Assembly (NCBI RefSeq): GCF_009914755.1 | Contig: NC_060948.1 | Length of the DNA: 64,000 nt | Source: the human T2T-CHM13v2.0 reference genome, Homo sapiens | Direction: 5' to 3' (one strand) | Shown: positions 1 through 18,590 of the stretch, in pieces | How positions within the stretch are numbered: position 1 is the stretch's first letter | Layout: every line of letters starts with the position of its first letter | Position numbers and translations under genes: made by a program | The notes under the pieces: generated by a model | The model's database searches: none | Told to the model about the DNA's origin: nothing | Seen by the model: only the letters and a program-made list of their open reading frames with translations

Positions 1-140
1 AATTGAATGGAATGGGAACGAATGGAGTGAAATTGTATGCAGTAGAAGAGAATAGAATGGAATGCAAGCGAAAGGAAAGGAATGGATTGGAATGGAATGG
101 AATTCATTGGAATGGAAGGGAATGTAGTGTAATGGACAGG

Positions 141-3100
141 CCTGGAATAAAGTGGAATGCTACGGTCTCGAATGGAATAAAAATGTATGGAATGGAATGC
201 AATGAAACGGAATCGAATGTCATAGAATGTAATGGAATGCAAAAAAATGGAATCCAAAATCATTGACTGGAAAGGCTGGGTGTCGAAAGGAATTGACTCC
301 AATGGAATGGAATCGAATGGAATGGAAGAGAATAGAATCGAACTAAATCGAATGGAATGGAATTGATAGGAACGGAATGGAAAGGAATGCAATCATTTGG
401 CATGGAATGGAATCGAATGGCATCGAATGGAATGGAATGGAATGCAATGGAATGGAATGTATTAGAATGTAATGAACTTTAATGGAATGTACTCGAATGG
501 AATCGACTGGAATGGAATGTTCTGGAAGTGAATGGACTCCAATGGAATGGATTCAAAAGGAATGGAATCGTACGGAATGGAATCTAATGGAATGGAATTA
601 AATGGAAATGAATCAAACTGAATAGAACGGAATTGAATTGAATGGAATCGAATGCAATGGAATCTAATGAAACGGAAAGGAAAGGAATGGAATGGAATGG
701 AATGGGCTGGAATGGAAAGGAATCGAAACGAATGGAATGGAATCGAACTGAAGAGACTGGAATGGAATGCACTGGATGGAAGGGAGTGTAATGGAAGGTT
801 CTCGAAAAAAATGGAATCGAATGGAATGGAATTGAATGGAACGGAATAGAGTCGAATGGAATTGAATGGAATGGAATGGACTAGAGTGAAATGGAATCGA
901 ACCACAAGGAATGGACAGGAATAGAACGGTCTCGAATTGAATGGAATCGTATGGAATGGCATCAAACGGAATGGAATGGACAGCCACGGAATGGAATGCA
1001 CTCGAATGCAATGGAGTCGAAACTAATGGACTGGAATAGAATGGACTCGACTGGTACGGACTCCAATGGAATGGAATCGAATGGAAGGGAATCGAACGGA
1101 ATGGACTCGAAGGGAAAAGACTGCAATGGAAAGGTCTCGAATGGAATGGAAATTAATGGAATGGAATGGAATCGAATGAAATGGAGTCAAAAGGAATGGA
1201 ATCGAATGGCAAGAAAACGAATGTAATGGAATCGCAAGGAATTGATGTGAACGGAACGGAATGGAATGGAATCCAAAGGAATGGAATAGAATGGAATGGA
1301 ATCGAATGGAAAGGACTCGAATGGAAATCACTCGAATAGAATGCAATTTAATAAAATAGGACCAAATGTAATGGAATGGAATGGAAAGGAATCGAAACGA
1401 AAGGAATGGAGACAGATGGAATGGAATGGAACAGAGAGCAATGGTATAGAATGGAATGGAATCATCTGGAATGGAATTGAATGGAATGGAATAACATGAA
1501 ATGGACTGGAATGGAATGGAATGCCCTTGAATTAAATGGACTGGAATGGAATGGACTCGAACAGAGTGGAATGGAAAGTGTTGAAATAGAATGGAATGGA
1601 CTGGTTTGGAATGGTCTAGTATGCAATGCAATCGACTGGCAGGGAATCAAAAGGAATGTAATCGAATGGATTGGACTGGAATGCAATGGACTCGAATAGA
1701 TTGGAAACGGAATGCAAAGGAATGGAATGGAATAGTATGGAATGGAATGGAAAGGAATGGAGTGGAATAGACTAGAGTGGAATGGAATGGACTCGAAAGC
1801 AATGGACTGGAATGGAACTTTCTTGAATGGACTGGAATCAAACGGAATGGAATGCAATGCAATCAAATGGCATGGAATAAAATAGAATGAAAGAGAATCA
1901 AATGGAATTGAATCGAATGGAATCGAATGGATTGGAAAGGAATAGAATGGAATGGAATGGAATTGACTCAAATGGAATGGACTAGAATGGAATGGATTCG
2001 AATGGAAGGCAAAGGAATGGAATCTATTGGAATGGACTGTAATGGAATGCAATGGAAGGGATTGGAATGGACTCGAATGGAATGGACTGCAATAGAAAGG
2101 ATTCGAATGGAATGAAAAAGAATTGAATGGAATAGAACAGAATGGAATCAAATCGAATGAAATGGAATGGAATAGAAAGGAATGGAATGAAATGGAATGG
2201 AAAGGATTCGAATGGAATGCAATCGAATGGAATGTAATCGAACGCAATGGAATAAAATGGAAGAAAACTGGCAAGAAATGGAATCGAAATGAATGGAGTG
2301 TTATGGAACGGACTCAAAAGGAATTGAATGTAATAGAATGGAGTGGAGTGGACTCGAATATAATGGACTGGAATGGAATGAAATCACATGGAATGGGAAC
2401 GAATGGAATGGAATGGAAAGGAATGGAATCGAATGGAAAGGAATCGAATGGAAGGGAATGAAATTGAATCAACAGGAATGGAAGGGAATAGAATAGACGG
2501 TAATGGAATGGACTCGAATAGAATGGACACAAATGCTCAAATTGAATGGACTCGAATGGAATGGAAACGAAAGGAATGTCATCGAATGGAATTGAATCGA
2601 TTGGAATGAAATAGCATAGAATGGAGTGGAATCAAATGGAATTGAATCGAAAGGAAAGGAAGCGAATGGACTGAAATGAAATGGAATGGAATTGAATGGA
2701 AAGTTATGTAATGGAATAGAATGGAACGAAATTTCACAGGATGCAATCAAACTGAATGGAATCAAATCAATGGAATCAAATCAAATGGAATGGAAAGGAA
2801 TTGAATGGAGTAGATTGGATTGGATGGGATTGGAATGAAATGTACTGGAAAGGACTCGAATTTCATGAAACGGAATGGAATGAATTGGAACGGAACGGAC
2901 TCGAATGGAATGGAATGTCATGGAATGGCATCAAATGGAATGGCATCAAATGGAATGGAATCGAATGCAATGGAGTGCTATGGAATGGAATGGAATGCAT
3001 TGGAATGGAATGTCCTCTAATGGAATGGATTCGAGTGGAATGGAATCGAATATAATGGAGTCGAATGAAATGGAATTGAAAGGAATGGGATCGAATACAA

Positions 3101-3683
3101 TGGAATATACTGGAATGTAATGTAATGAACTCGAATGTAATTGACTGGAATGGAATGTATATGAATGGAATGTAATTGAATGGAAAGTAATCCAATGGAA
3201 TAGAATCTAATGCAATAAAATCGACTCAGATAGAGTAGAATGTAATGGAATGGAGTGCAGTGCAATGGAATGGAATGGAATGGAATGCAATGGAATGGAA
3301 TGGAATGGAATGGAATGGGATGGAATGGTGTGGAATGGATAGTAATGGACTGGAGTGAAATGGACTGGAAAGGAATGGACTCAAATTGAAAGGGCTCGAA
3401 AGGAATGGAGTCAAATGGAATGGTCTGGATTGGAATGAACACGAATGTAATGCAATCCAATAGAATGGAATCGAATGGCATGGAATATAAAGAAATGGAA
3501 TCGAAGAGAATGGAAACAAATGGAATGGAATTGAATGGAATGGAATTGAATGGAATGGGAACGAATGGAGTGAAATTGTATGCAGTAGAAGAGAATAGAA
3601 TGGAATGCAAGCGAAAGGAAAGGAATGGATTGGAATGGAATGGAATTCATTGGAATGGAAGGGAATGTAGTGTAATGGACAGG
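141..3683 (+). repeat. DYZ1 higher-order unit 1 (HaeIII-to-HaeIII, 3543 bp)
   Basis: Bounded by ACAGG^CCTGGAATAAAG landmarks; the ORF track repeats with offset 3543 (462 vs 4005, 891 vs 4434). Confidence 0.93.
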
Positions 3684-6600
3684 CCTGGAATAAAGTGGAA
3701 TGCTACGGTCTCGAATGGAATAAAAATGTATGGAATGGAATGCAATGAAACGGAATCGAATGTCATAGAATGTAATGGAATGCAAAAAAATGGAATCCAA
3801 AATCATTGACTGGAAAGGCTGGGTGTCGAAAGGAATTGACTCCAATGGAATGGAATCGAATGGAATGGAAGAGAATAGAATCGAACTAAATCGAATGGAA
3901 TGGAATTGATAGGAACGGAATGGAAAGGAATGCAATCATTTGGCATGGAATGGAATCGAATGGCATCGAATGGAATGGAATGGAATGCAATGGAATGGAA
4001 TGTATTAGAATGTAATGAACTTTAATGGAATGTACTCGAATGGAATCGACTGGAATGGAATGTTCTGGAAGTGAATGGACTCCAATGGAATGGATTCAAA
4101 AGGAATGGAATCGTACGGAATGGAATCTAATGGAATGGAATTAAATGGAAATGAATCAAACTGAATAGAACGGAATTGAATTGAATGGAATCGAATGCAA
4201 TGGAATCTAATGAAACGGAAAGGAAAGGAATGGAATGGAATGGAATGGGCTGGAATGGAAAGGAATCGAAACGAAAGGAATGGAATCGAACTGAAGAGAC
4301 TGGAATGGAATGCACTGGATGGAAGGGAGTGTAATGGAAGGTTCTCGAAAAAAATGGAATCGAATGGAATGGAATTGAATGGAACGGAATAGAGTCGAAT
4401 GGAATTGAATGGAATGGAATGGACTAGAGTGAAATGGAATCGAACCACAAGGAATGGACAGGAATAGAACGGTCTCGAATTGAATGGAATCGTATGGAAT
4501 GGCATCAAACGGAATGGAATGGACAGCCACGGAATGGAATGCACTCGAATGCAATGGAGTCGAAACTAATGGACTGGAATAGAATGGACTCGACTGGTAC
4601 GGACTCCAATGGAATGGAATCGAATGGAAGGGAATCGAACGGAATGGACTCGAAGGGAAAAGACTGCAATGGAAAGGTCTCGAATGGAATGGAAATTAAT
4701 GGAATGGAATGGAATCGAATGAAATGGAGTCAAAAGGAATGGAATCGAATGGCAAGAAAACGAATGTAATGGAATCGCAAGGAATTGATGTGAACGGAAC
4801 GGAATGGAATGGAATCCAAAGGAATGGAATAGAATGGAATGGAATCGAATGGAAAGGACTCGAATGGAAATCACTCGAATAGAATGCAATTTAATAAAAT
4901 AGGACCAAATGTAATGGAATGGAATGGAAAGGAATCGAAACGAAAGGAATGGAGACAGATGGAATGGAATGGAACAGAGAGCAATGGTATAGAATGGAAT
5001 GGAATCATCTGGAATGGAATTGAATGGAATGGAATAACATGAAATGGACTGGAATGGAATGGAATGCCCTTGAATTAAATGGACTGGAATGGAATGGACT
5101 CGAACAGAGTGGAATGGAAAGTGTTGAAATAGAATGGAATGGACTGGTTTGGAATGGTCTAGTATGCAATGCAATCGACTGGCAGGGAATCAAAAGGAAT
5201 GTAATCGAATGGATTGGACTGGAATGCAATGGACTCGAATAGATTGGAAACGGAATGCAAAGGAATGGAATGGAATAGTATGGAATGGAATGGAAAGGAA
5301 TGGAGTGGAATAGACTAGAGTGGAATGGAATGGACTCGAAAGCAATGGACTGGAATGGAACTTTCTTGAATGGACTGGAATCAAACGGAATGGAATGCAA
5401 TGCAATCAAATGGCATGGAATAAAATAGAATGAAAGAGAATCAAATGGAATTGAATCGAATGGAATCGAATGGATTGGAAAGGAATAGAATGGAATGGAA
5501 TGGAATTGACTCAAATGGAATGGACTAGAATGGAATGGATTCGAATGGAAGGCAAAGGAATGGAATCTATTGGAATGGACTGTAATGGAATGCAATGGAA
5601 GGGATTGGAATGGACTCGAATGGAATGGACTGCAATAGAAAGGATTCGAATGGAATGAAAAAGAATTGAATGGAATAGAACAGAATGGAATCAAATCGAA
5701 TGAAATGGAATGGAATAGAAAGGAATGGAATGAAATGGAATGGAAAGGATTCGAATGGAATGCAATCGAATGGAATGTAATCGAACGCAATGGAATAAAA
5801 TGGAAGAAAACTGGCAAGAAATGGAATCGAAATGAATGGAGTGTTATGGAACGGACTCAAAAGGAATTGAATGTAATAGAATGGAGTGGAGTGGACTCGA
5901 ATATAATGGACTGGAATGGAATGAAATCACATGGAATGGGAACGAATGGAATGGAATGGAAAGGAATGGAATCGAATGGAAAGGAATCGAATGGAAGGGA
6001 ATGAAATTGAATCAACAGGAATGGAAGGGAATAGAATAGACGGTAATGGAATGGACTCGAATAGAATGGACACAAATGCTCAAATTGAATGGACTCGAAT
6101 GGAATGGAAACGAAAGGAATGTCATCGAATGGAATTGAATCGATTGGAATGAAATAGCATAGAATGGAGTGGAATCAAATGGAATTGAATCGAAAGGAAA
6201 GGAAGCGAATGGACTGAAATGAAATGGAATGGAATTGAATGGAAAGTTATGTAATGGAATAGAATGGAACGAAATTTCACAGGATGCAATCAAACTGAAT
6301 GGAATCAAATCAATGGAATCAAATCAAATGGAATGGAAAGGAATTGAATGGAGTAGATTGGATTGGATGGGATTGGAATGAAATGTACTGGAAAGGACTC
6401 GAATTTCATGAAACGGAATGGAATGAATTGGAACGGAACGGACTCGAATGGAATGGAATGTCATGGAATGGCATCAAATGGAATGGCATCAAATGGAATG
6501 GAATCGAATGCAATGGAGTGCTATGGAATGGAATGGAATGCATTGGAATGGAATGTCCTCTAATGGAATGGATTCGAGTGGAATGGAATCGAATATAATG

Positions 6601-7227
6601 GAGTCGAATGAAATGGAATTGAAAGGAATGGGATCGAATACAATGGAATATACTGGAATGTAATGTAATGAACTCGAATGTAATTGACTGGAATGGAATG
6701 TATATGAATGGAATGTAATTGAATGGAAAGTAATCCAATGGAATAGAATCTAATGCAATAAAATCGACTCAGAGTAGAATGTAATGGAATGGAGTGCAGT
6801 GCAATGGAATGGAATGGAATGGAATGCAATGGAATGGAATGGAATGGAATGGAATGGAATGGGATGGAATGGTGTGGAATGGATAGTAATGGACTGGAGT
6901 GAAATGGACTGGAAAGGAATGGACTCAAATTGAAAGGGCTCGAAAGGAATGGAGTCAAATGGAATGGTCTGGAATGGAATGAACACGAATGTAATGCAAT
7001 CCAATAGAATGGAATCGAATGGCATGGAATATAAAGAAATGGAATCGAAGAGAATGGAAACAAATGGAATGGAATTGAATGGAATGGAATTGAATGGAAT
7101 GGGAACGAATGGAGTGAAATTGTATGCAGTAGAAGAGAATAGAATGGAATGCAAGCGAAAGGAAAGGAATGGATTGGAATGGAATGGAATTCATTGGAAT
7201 GGAAGGGAATGTAGTGTAATGGACAGG
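3684..7227 (+). repeat. DYZ1 higher-order unit 2 (3544 bp)
   Basis: Near-identical to unit 1; differs by a few substitutions, a 4 bp deletion near 6770 and one extra GGAAT near 6831-6860. Confidence 0.93.
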
Positions 7228-10200
7228 CCTGGAATAAAGTGGAATGCTACGGTCTCGAATGGAATAAAAATGTATGGAATGGAATGCAATGAAACGGAAT
7301 CGAATGTCATAGAATGTAATGGAATGCAAAAAAATGGAATCCAAAATCATTGACTGGAAAGGCTGGGTGTCGAAAGGAATTGACTCCAATGGAATGGAAT
7401 CGAATGGAATGGAAGTGAATAGAATCGAACTAAATCGAATGGAATGGAATTGATAGGAACGGAATGGAAAGGAATGCAATGATTTGGCATGGAATGCAAT
7501 CGAATGGCATCGAATGGAATGGAATGGAATGCAATGGAATGGAATGTATTAGAATGTAATGAACTTTAATGGAATGTACTCGAATGGATTCGACTGGAAT
7601 GGAATGTTCTGGAAGTGAATGGACTCCAATGGAATGGATTCAAAAGGAATGGAATCGTACGGAATGGAATCTAATGGAATGGAATTAAATGGAAATGAAT
7701 CAAATTGAATAGCACGGAATTGAATTGAATGCAATCGAATGCAATGGAATCTAATGAAACGGAAAGGAAAGGAATGGAATGGAATGGAATGGGCTGGAAT
7801 GGAAAGGAATCGAAACGAATGGAATGGAATCGAACTGAAGAGACTGGAATGGAATGCACTGGAATGGAAGGGAGTGTAATGGAAGGTTCTCGAAAAAAAT
7901 GGAATCGAATGGAATGGAATTGAATGGAACGGAATAGAGTCGAAAGGAATTGAATGGAATGGAATGGACTAGAGTGAAATGGAATCGAACCACAAGGAAT
8001 GGACAGGAATAGAATGGTCTCGAATTGAATGGAATCGTATGGAATGGCATCAAACGGAATGGAATGGACAGCCACGGAATGGAATGCACTCGAATGCAAT
8101 GGAGTCGAAACTAATGGACTGGAATAGAATGGACTCGACTGGTACGGACTCCAATGGAATGGAATCGAATGGAAGGGAATCGAACGGAATGGAGTCGAAG
8201 GGAAAAGACTGCAATGGAGAGGTCTCGAATGGAATGGAAATTAATGGAATGGAATGGAATCGAATGAAATGGAGTCAAAAGGAATGGAATCGAATGGCAA
8301 GAAATCGAATGTAATGGAATCGCAAGGAATTGATGTGAACGGAACGGAATGGAATGGAATCCAAAGGAATGGAATAGAATGGAATGGAATCGAATGGAAA
8401 GGACTCGAATGGAAATCACTCGAATAGAATGCAATTTAATAAAATAGGATCAAATGTAATGGAATGGAATGGAAAGGAATCGAAACGAAAGGAATGGAGA
8501 CAGATGGAATGGAATGGAACAGAGAGCAATGGTATAGAATGGAATGGAATCATCTGGAATGGAATTGAATGGAATGGAATAACATGAAATGGACTGGAAT
8601 GGAATGGAATGCCCTTGAATTAAATGGACTGGAATGGAATGGACTCGAACAGAGTGGAATGGAAAGTGTTGAAATAGAATGGAATGGACTGGTTTGGAAT
8701 GGTCTAGTATGCAATGCAATCGACTGGCAGGGAATCAAAAGGAATGTAATCGAATGGATTGGACTGGAATGCAATGGACTCGAATAGATTGGAAACGGAA
8801 TGCAAAGGAATGGAATGGAATAGTATGGAATGGAATGGAAAGGAATGGAGTGGAATAGACTAGAGTGGAATGGAATGGACTCGAAAGCAATGGACTGGAA
8901 TGGAACTTTCTTGAATGGACTGGAATCAAACGGAATGGAATGCAATGCAATCAAATGGCATGGAATAAAATAGAATGAAAGAGAATCAAATGGAATTGAA
9001 TCGAATGGAATCGAATGGATTGGAAAGGAATAGAATGGAATGGAATGGAATTGACTCAAATGGAATGGACTAGAATGGAATGGATTCGAATGGAAGGCAA
9101 AGGAATGGAATCTATTGGAATGGACTGTAATGGAATGCAATGGAAGGGATTGGAATGGACTCAAATGGAATGGACTGCAATAGAAAGGATTCGAATGGAA
9201 TGAAAAAGAATTGAATGGAATAGAACAGAATGGAATCAAATCGAATGAAATGGAATGGAATAGAAAGGAATGGAATGAAATGGAATGGAAAGGATTCGAA
9301 TGGAATGCAATCGAATGGAATGTAATCGAACGCAATGGAATAAAATGGAAGAAAACTGGCAAGAAATGGAATCGAAATGAATGGAGTGTTATGGAACGGA
9401 CTCAAAAGGAATTGAATGTAATAGAATGGAGTGGAGTGGACTCGAATATAATGGACTGGAATGGAATGAAATCACATGGAATGGGAACGAATGGAATGGA
9501 ATGGAAAGGAATGGAATCGAATGGAAAGGAATCGAATGGAAGGGAATGAAATTGAATCAACAGGAATGGAAGGGAATAGAATAGACGGTAATGGAATGGA
9601 CTCGAATAGAATGGACACGAATGCTCAAATTGAATGGACTCGAATGGAATGGAAACGAAAGGAATGTCATCGAATGGAATTGAATCGATTGGAATGAAAT
9701 CGCATAGAATGGAGTGGAATCAAATGGAATTGAATCGAAAGGAAAGGAAGCGAATGGACTGAAATGAAATGGAATGGAATTGAATGGAAAGTAATGCAAT
9801 GGAATAGAATGGAACGAAATTTCACGGAATGGAATCAAACTGAATGGAATCAAATCAATGGAATCAAATCAAATGGAATGGAAAGGAATTGAATGGAGTA
9901 GATTGGATTGGATGGGATTGGAATGAAATGTACTGGAAAGGACTCGAATTTCATGAAACGGAATGGAATGAATTGGAACGGAATGGACTCGAATGGAATG
10001 GAATGTCATGGAATGGCATCAAATGGAATGGCATCAAATGGAATGGAATCGAATGCAATGGAATGCTATGGAATGGAATGGAATGCATTGGAATGGAATG
10101 TCCTCTAATGGAATGGATTCGAGTGGAATGGAATCGAATATAATGGAGTCGAATGAAATGGAATTGAAAGGAATGGGATCGAATACAATGGAATATACTG

Positions 10201-10295
10201 GAATGTAATGTAATGAACTCGAATGTATTTGACTGGAATGGAATGTACATGAATGGAATGTAATCGAATGGAAAGTAATCCAATGGAATAGAATC
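7228..10295 (+). repeat. DYZ1 higher-order unit 3, truncated at the DYZ2 junction (~3.07 kb)
   Basis: Colinear with units 1 and 2 up to ...CAATGGAATAGAATC (equivalent to position 3207 in unit 1), then switches to AT-rich sequence. Confidence 0.92.
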
Positions 10296-11337
<1,042 letters not shown>

Positions 11338-11910
11338 AGATCCATATTTTTTAAATGAAAAAAAATTTCAAAGGTACTCTGCTTGGTACAATAATCAAAT
11401 GTATAAACTGAGGAATAAAACATAACCATGAAACCTATTTATAACTGCATATGGAAAATACAGAGGATAATTTTTTAAATAACATATTGTTAAAGCCTTA
11501 ACTAGTAATTTGAAGAGTTGGCATTTGAAAGGCCAGTATGAATATACCTTCACAGCAGCAACACAGGTTCCCCATGAGAAAAAGCAAACTCAGGGAAAAT
11601 AAAACCACAAAGGTTCAATCTCTTCTGACCTTTGAAAGACCCAGCACAGACAGTGGTCCTTAGGACGAAGAGTAGGAGACCCCTAATTCCGTCACCATGG
11701 CGATAGGGCATAAACATTGCTGGGTGAGGGCACAATCCACATTGTGAGGTCCAACTCCTGCCAGGAAGACAGGAGTGCTTTTACATAGACCGAAAGGTCA
11801 TTGAAGGCTCAGAGTTTTGTTTCAAGAACTGAATCCCAAGCCCACACGTTATTAGGCTGCGCTTCTTAAAACAAGTTATGAGATGGGAAAAAGGGCACCC
11901 ACTAACATAC
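11338..11910. repeat. HSATI-like mixed-composition segment of DYZ2 (first copy; repeats in each unit directly after the Alu)
   Basis: ~570 bp of non-simple sequence from AGATCCATATTTT to GGGCACCCAC(T/A)AACATAC, highly conserved across the 22 copies. The HSATI name comes from the known DYZ2 composition; boundaries are approximate. Confidence 0.75.
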
Positions 11911-13757
<1,847 letters not shown>

Positions 13758-15861
13758 AGATCCATATTTTTTAAATGAAAAAAAATTTCAAAGGTACTCT
13801 GCTTGGTACAATAATCAAATGTATAAACTGAGGAATAAAACATAACCATGAAACCTACTTATAACTGCATATGGAAAATACAGAGGATAATTTTTTAAAT
13901 AACATATTTTGAAAGCCTTAACTAGTAATTTGAAGAGTTGGCATTTGAAAGGCCAGTATGAATATACCTTCAAAGCAGCAACACAGGTTCCCCATGAGAA
14001 AAAGCAAACTCAGGGAAAATAAAACCACAAAGGTTCAATCTCTTCTGACCTTTGAAAGACACAGCACAGACAGTGGTCCTTAGGATGAAGAGCAGGAGAC
14101 CCCTAATTACGTCACCATGGCGATAGGGCATAAATATTGCTGGGTGAGGGCACAATCCACCTTGTGAGGTCCAACTGCTGCCAGGAAGACAGGAGTGTTT
14201 TACATAGACCGAAAAGTCATTGAAGGCTCAGAGTTTTGTTTCAAGAACTGAATCCCAAGCCCACACGTTATTAGGCTGCGCTTCTTAAAACAAGTTATGA
14301 GATGGGAAAAAGGGCACCCACAAACATACGTATACATTATGTATATAATAATATACAGTATCATATATATAATATATATAACCTATGTATAATATTGTTT
14401 TACATCCTGCATCTTATGTTATATATATTGTATAAAATATAATAATTGATAATATATAAGTTTTATATTTATACAATATGACATATAGTATATATTATAA
14501 TTTATGACATATATAATATATGTTATATATCATATATAGAATATATTATACGGTTAATATACGTATTAAATATAAATTATACATTATATATATTATTTAT
14601 AATATATCTGTTATATATAATACCCATTATGCATAATATATATATTATGTCTATGTTATATATAGTATAAAACAACATATAATAATATATAATTGTATAT
14701 ATAAAATGCGACATATAATATATATTATATTTTATGACATATGTAATATATATTATATATTATATATAATACTTTGTATGTATAATACCTATATTAAATA
14801 TATATTATATGACTATGTTATTAATTACATGTCACATATGTTATATATTATTTATTTTACATAGAATATACCGGTTACATACAATATATAGTATGTTACC
14901 TATAATGTATAATTTATTACATGTAAAATAAAGAATGCAATATATTATGTATAATTTATAATATACAATATGTGGAATGTGATATATATAACATATAATA
15001 TATGATATATGATATGGAGTATATGATATATAACATACAATATATGATACCTAATATATATGGTATACAATATATATTTTATGATATGTATTCTATATGT
15101 TATATATTCTGTTATATATAACTGTTTGAAATTATATATAACTGTATAATATTTTAGGTAAATATGTAATATAATATATATAACTTTATAATATATTATA
15201 TATAACTATATATTATGTTATATATACTTTTATAACATAATTTACATAAAATATCATAATATAATATATATTATATTATTTCATATTACATAATATATAT
15301 TACATATCACCCAATATAAGTAACATACATAATATTATAATATAGATTATATTATGTTATATTAAATCTCATAAATATCATGTATCATATATTCTATAAT
15401 ATATATTATACATTATATAATATGTATGTTGTCTATTATGTGATATATATAACTATATATATAATTATATTATTATACATATAACTAGATAAACATGTAA
15501 TTCTACATATTTTCATTTATAATATATAGAATTATATAATCATATATAATTATTTATATTCTATTAAAAATTATATCATTATATAAATTATAATATATAA
15601 AAATTATAATATGTACTACAAATATATATATTATATATCATATATGATATAGTACCTTTGTTATATATCATAATACATATAAATGTGTATTATGTTATCT
15701 ATAATTATATAATTTCATATATAAGATGTATAATATGTATTATTTATTATATATGTTATGTAATATATATAGTATATATAAGCTGACACAGGATAAATAT
15801 TATATACTATGACATATAAAATATATGAGGTTATATGTTACATATAAGGCATAGCACATAA

Positions 15862-16175
<314 letters not shown>

Positions 16176-18275
16176 AGATCCATATTTTGTAAATGAAAAA
16201 AAATTTCAAAGGTACTCTGCTTGGTACAATAATCAAATGTATAAACTGAGGAATAAAACATAACCATGAAACCTACTTATAACTGCATATGGAAAATACA
16301 GAGGATAATTTTTTAAATAACATATTTTGAAAGCCTTAACTAGTAATTTGAAGAGTTGGCATTTGACAGGCCAGTATGAATATACCTTCAAAGCAGCAAC
16401 ACAGGTTCCCCATGAGAAAAAGCAAACTCAGGGAAAATAAAACCACAAAGGTTCAATCTCTTCTGACCTTTGAAAGACACAGCACAGACAGTGGTCCTTA
16501 GGACGAAGAGCAGGAGACCCCTAATTCCGTCACCATGGCGATAGGGCATAAACACTGCTGGGTGAGGGCACAATCCACATTGTGAGGTCCAACTGCTGCC
16601 AGGAAGACAGGAGTGCTTTTACATAGACCGAAAGGTCATTGAAGGCTCAGAGTTGTGTTTCAAGAACTGAATCCCAAGCCCACACGTTATTAGGCTGCGC
16701 TTCTTAAAACAAGTTATGAGATGGGAAAAAGGGCACCCACAAACATACGTATACATTATGTATATAATAATATACAGTATCATATATATAATATATATAA
16801 CCTATGTATAATATTGTTTTACATCCTGCATCTTATATTATATATATTGTGTAAAATATAATAATTGATAATATATAAGTTTTATATTTATACAATATGA
16901 CATATAGTATATATTATAATTTATGACATATATAATATATGTTATATATAATATATAGAAAATATTATACGGTTAATATACGTATTAAATATAAATTATA
17001 CATTATATATATTATATAAAATATATCTGCTATATATAATACCCATTATGCATAATATATATATTATGTCTATGTTATGTATAGTATAAAACAACATATA
17101 ATAATATATAATTGTATATATAAAATGCGACATATAATATATATTATATTTTATGACATCTGTAATATATATTATATATTATATATAATACGTTGTATGT
17201 ATAATACCTATATTAAATATATATTATATGACTATGTTATTAATTACATGTCACATATGTTATATATTATATATTTTACAAAGAATATACCGGTTACATA
17301 CAATATATACTATGTTACCTATAAGGTATAATTTATTACATGTAAAATAAAGAATGCAATATATTATGTGTAATTTATAATATACAATATGTGGAATGTG
17401 ATATATATAACATATAATATATGATATATGATATACAGTATATGATATATAACATACAATATATGATACCTAATATATATGGTATACAATATATATTTTA
17501 TGATATGTATTCTATATGTTTTATATTCTGTTATATATAACTATTTGAAATTATATATAACTGTATAATATTTTATGTAAATATGTAATATAATATATAT
17601 AACTATATAATATATTATATATAACTATATATTATGTTATATATACTTTTATAACTTAATTTACATAAAATATCATAGTATAATATATATTATATTACTT
17701 CATATTACATAATATATATTACATATCACCCAATATAAGTAACATACATAATATTATAATATACATTATATTATGTTATATTAAATATCATATATATCAT
17801 GTATCATATATTCTATAATATATATTATACATTATATAATATGCATGTTGTCTATTATGTGATATATATAACTATATATATAATTATATTATTATACATA
17901 TATCTAGATAAACATGTAATTCTACATATTTTCATTTATAATATATAGAATTACATAATCATATATAATTATATTCTATAAAAATTATATCATTATATAA
18001 ATTATAATATATAAAAATTATAATATGTACTACAAATATATATATTATATATCATATATGATATAGTACCTTTGTTATATATCATAATACACATAAATGT
18101 GTATTATGTTATCTATAATTATATAATTTCATATATAAGATGTATAATATGTGTTATATATTATATATGTTATGTAATATATATAGTATATATAAGATGA
18201 CACAGGATAAATATTATATACTATGACATATAAAATATATGAGGTTATATGTTACATATAAGGCATAGCACATAA

Positions 18276-18590
<315 letters not shown>

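Larger units (their letters stand above)
1..10295 (+). repeat. DYZ1: Human Satellite 3 array, (GGAAT)n-derived, DYZ1-type with ~3.54 kb higher-order repeat; continues beyond the left edge
   Basis: Continuous degenerate GGAAT pentamers (GGAAT, CGAAT, GCAAT, GGACT). Landmark sites recur with a 3543/3544 bp period: GAATTC at 100, 3643, 7187 and GGCC at 139, 3682, 7226. A ~3.5 kb HaeIII/EcoRI-periodic HSat3 unit next to a 2.4 kb Alu-containing repeat is the known Yq12 arrangement. Confidence 0.96.

Noticed and set aside
11405-11425. AATAAA polyadenylation-like signal and many TATA-like motifs in each unit
   Set aside because: Expected from base composition; there is no gene context.
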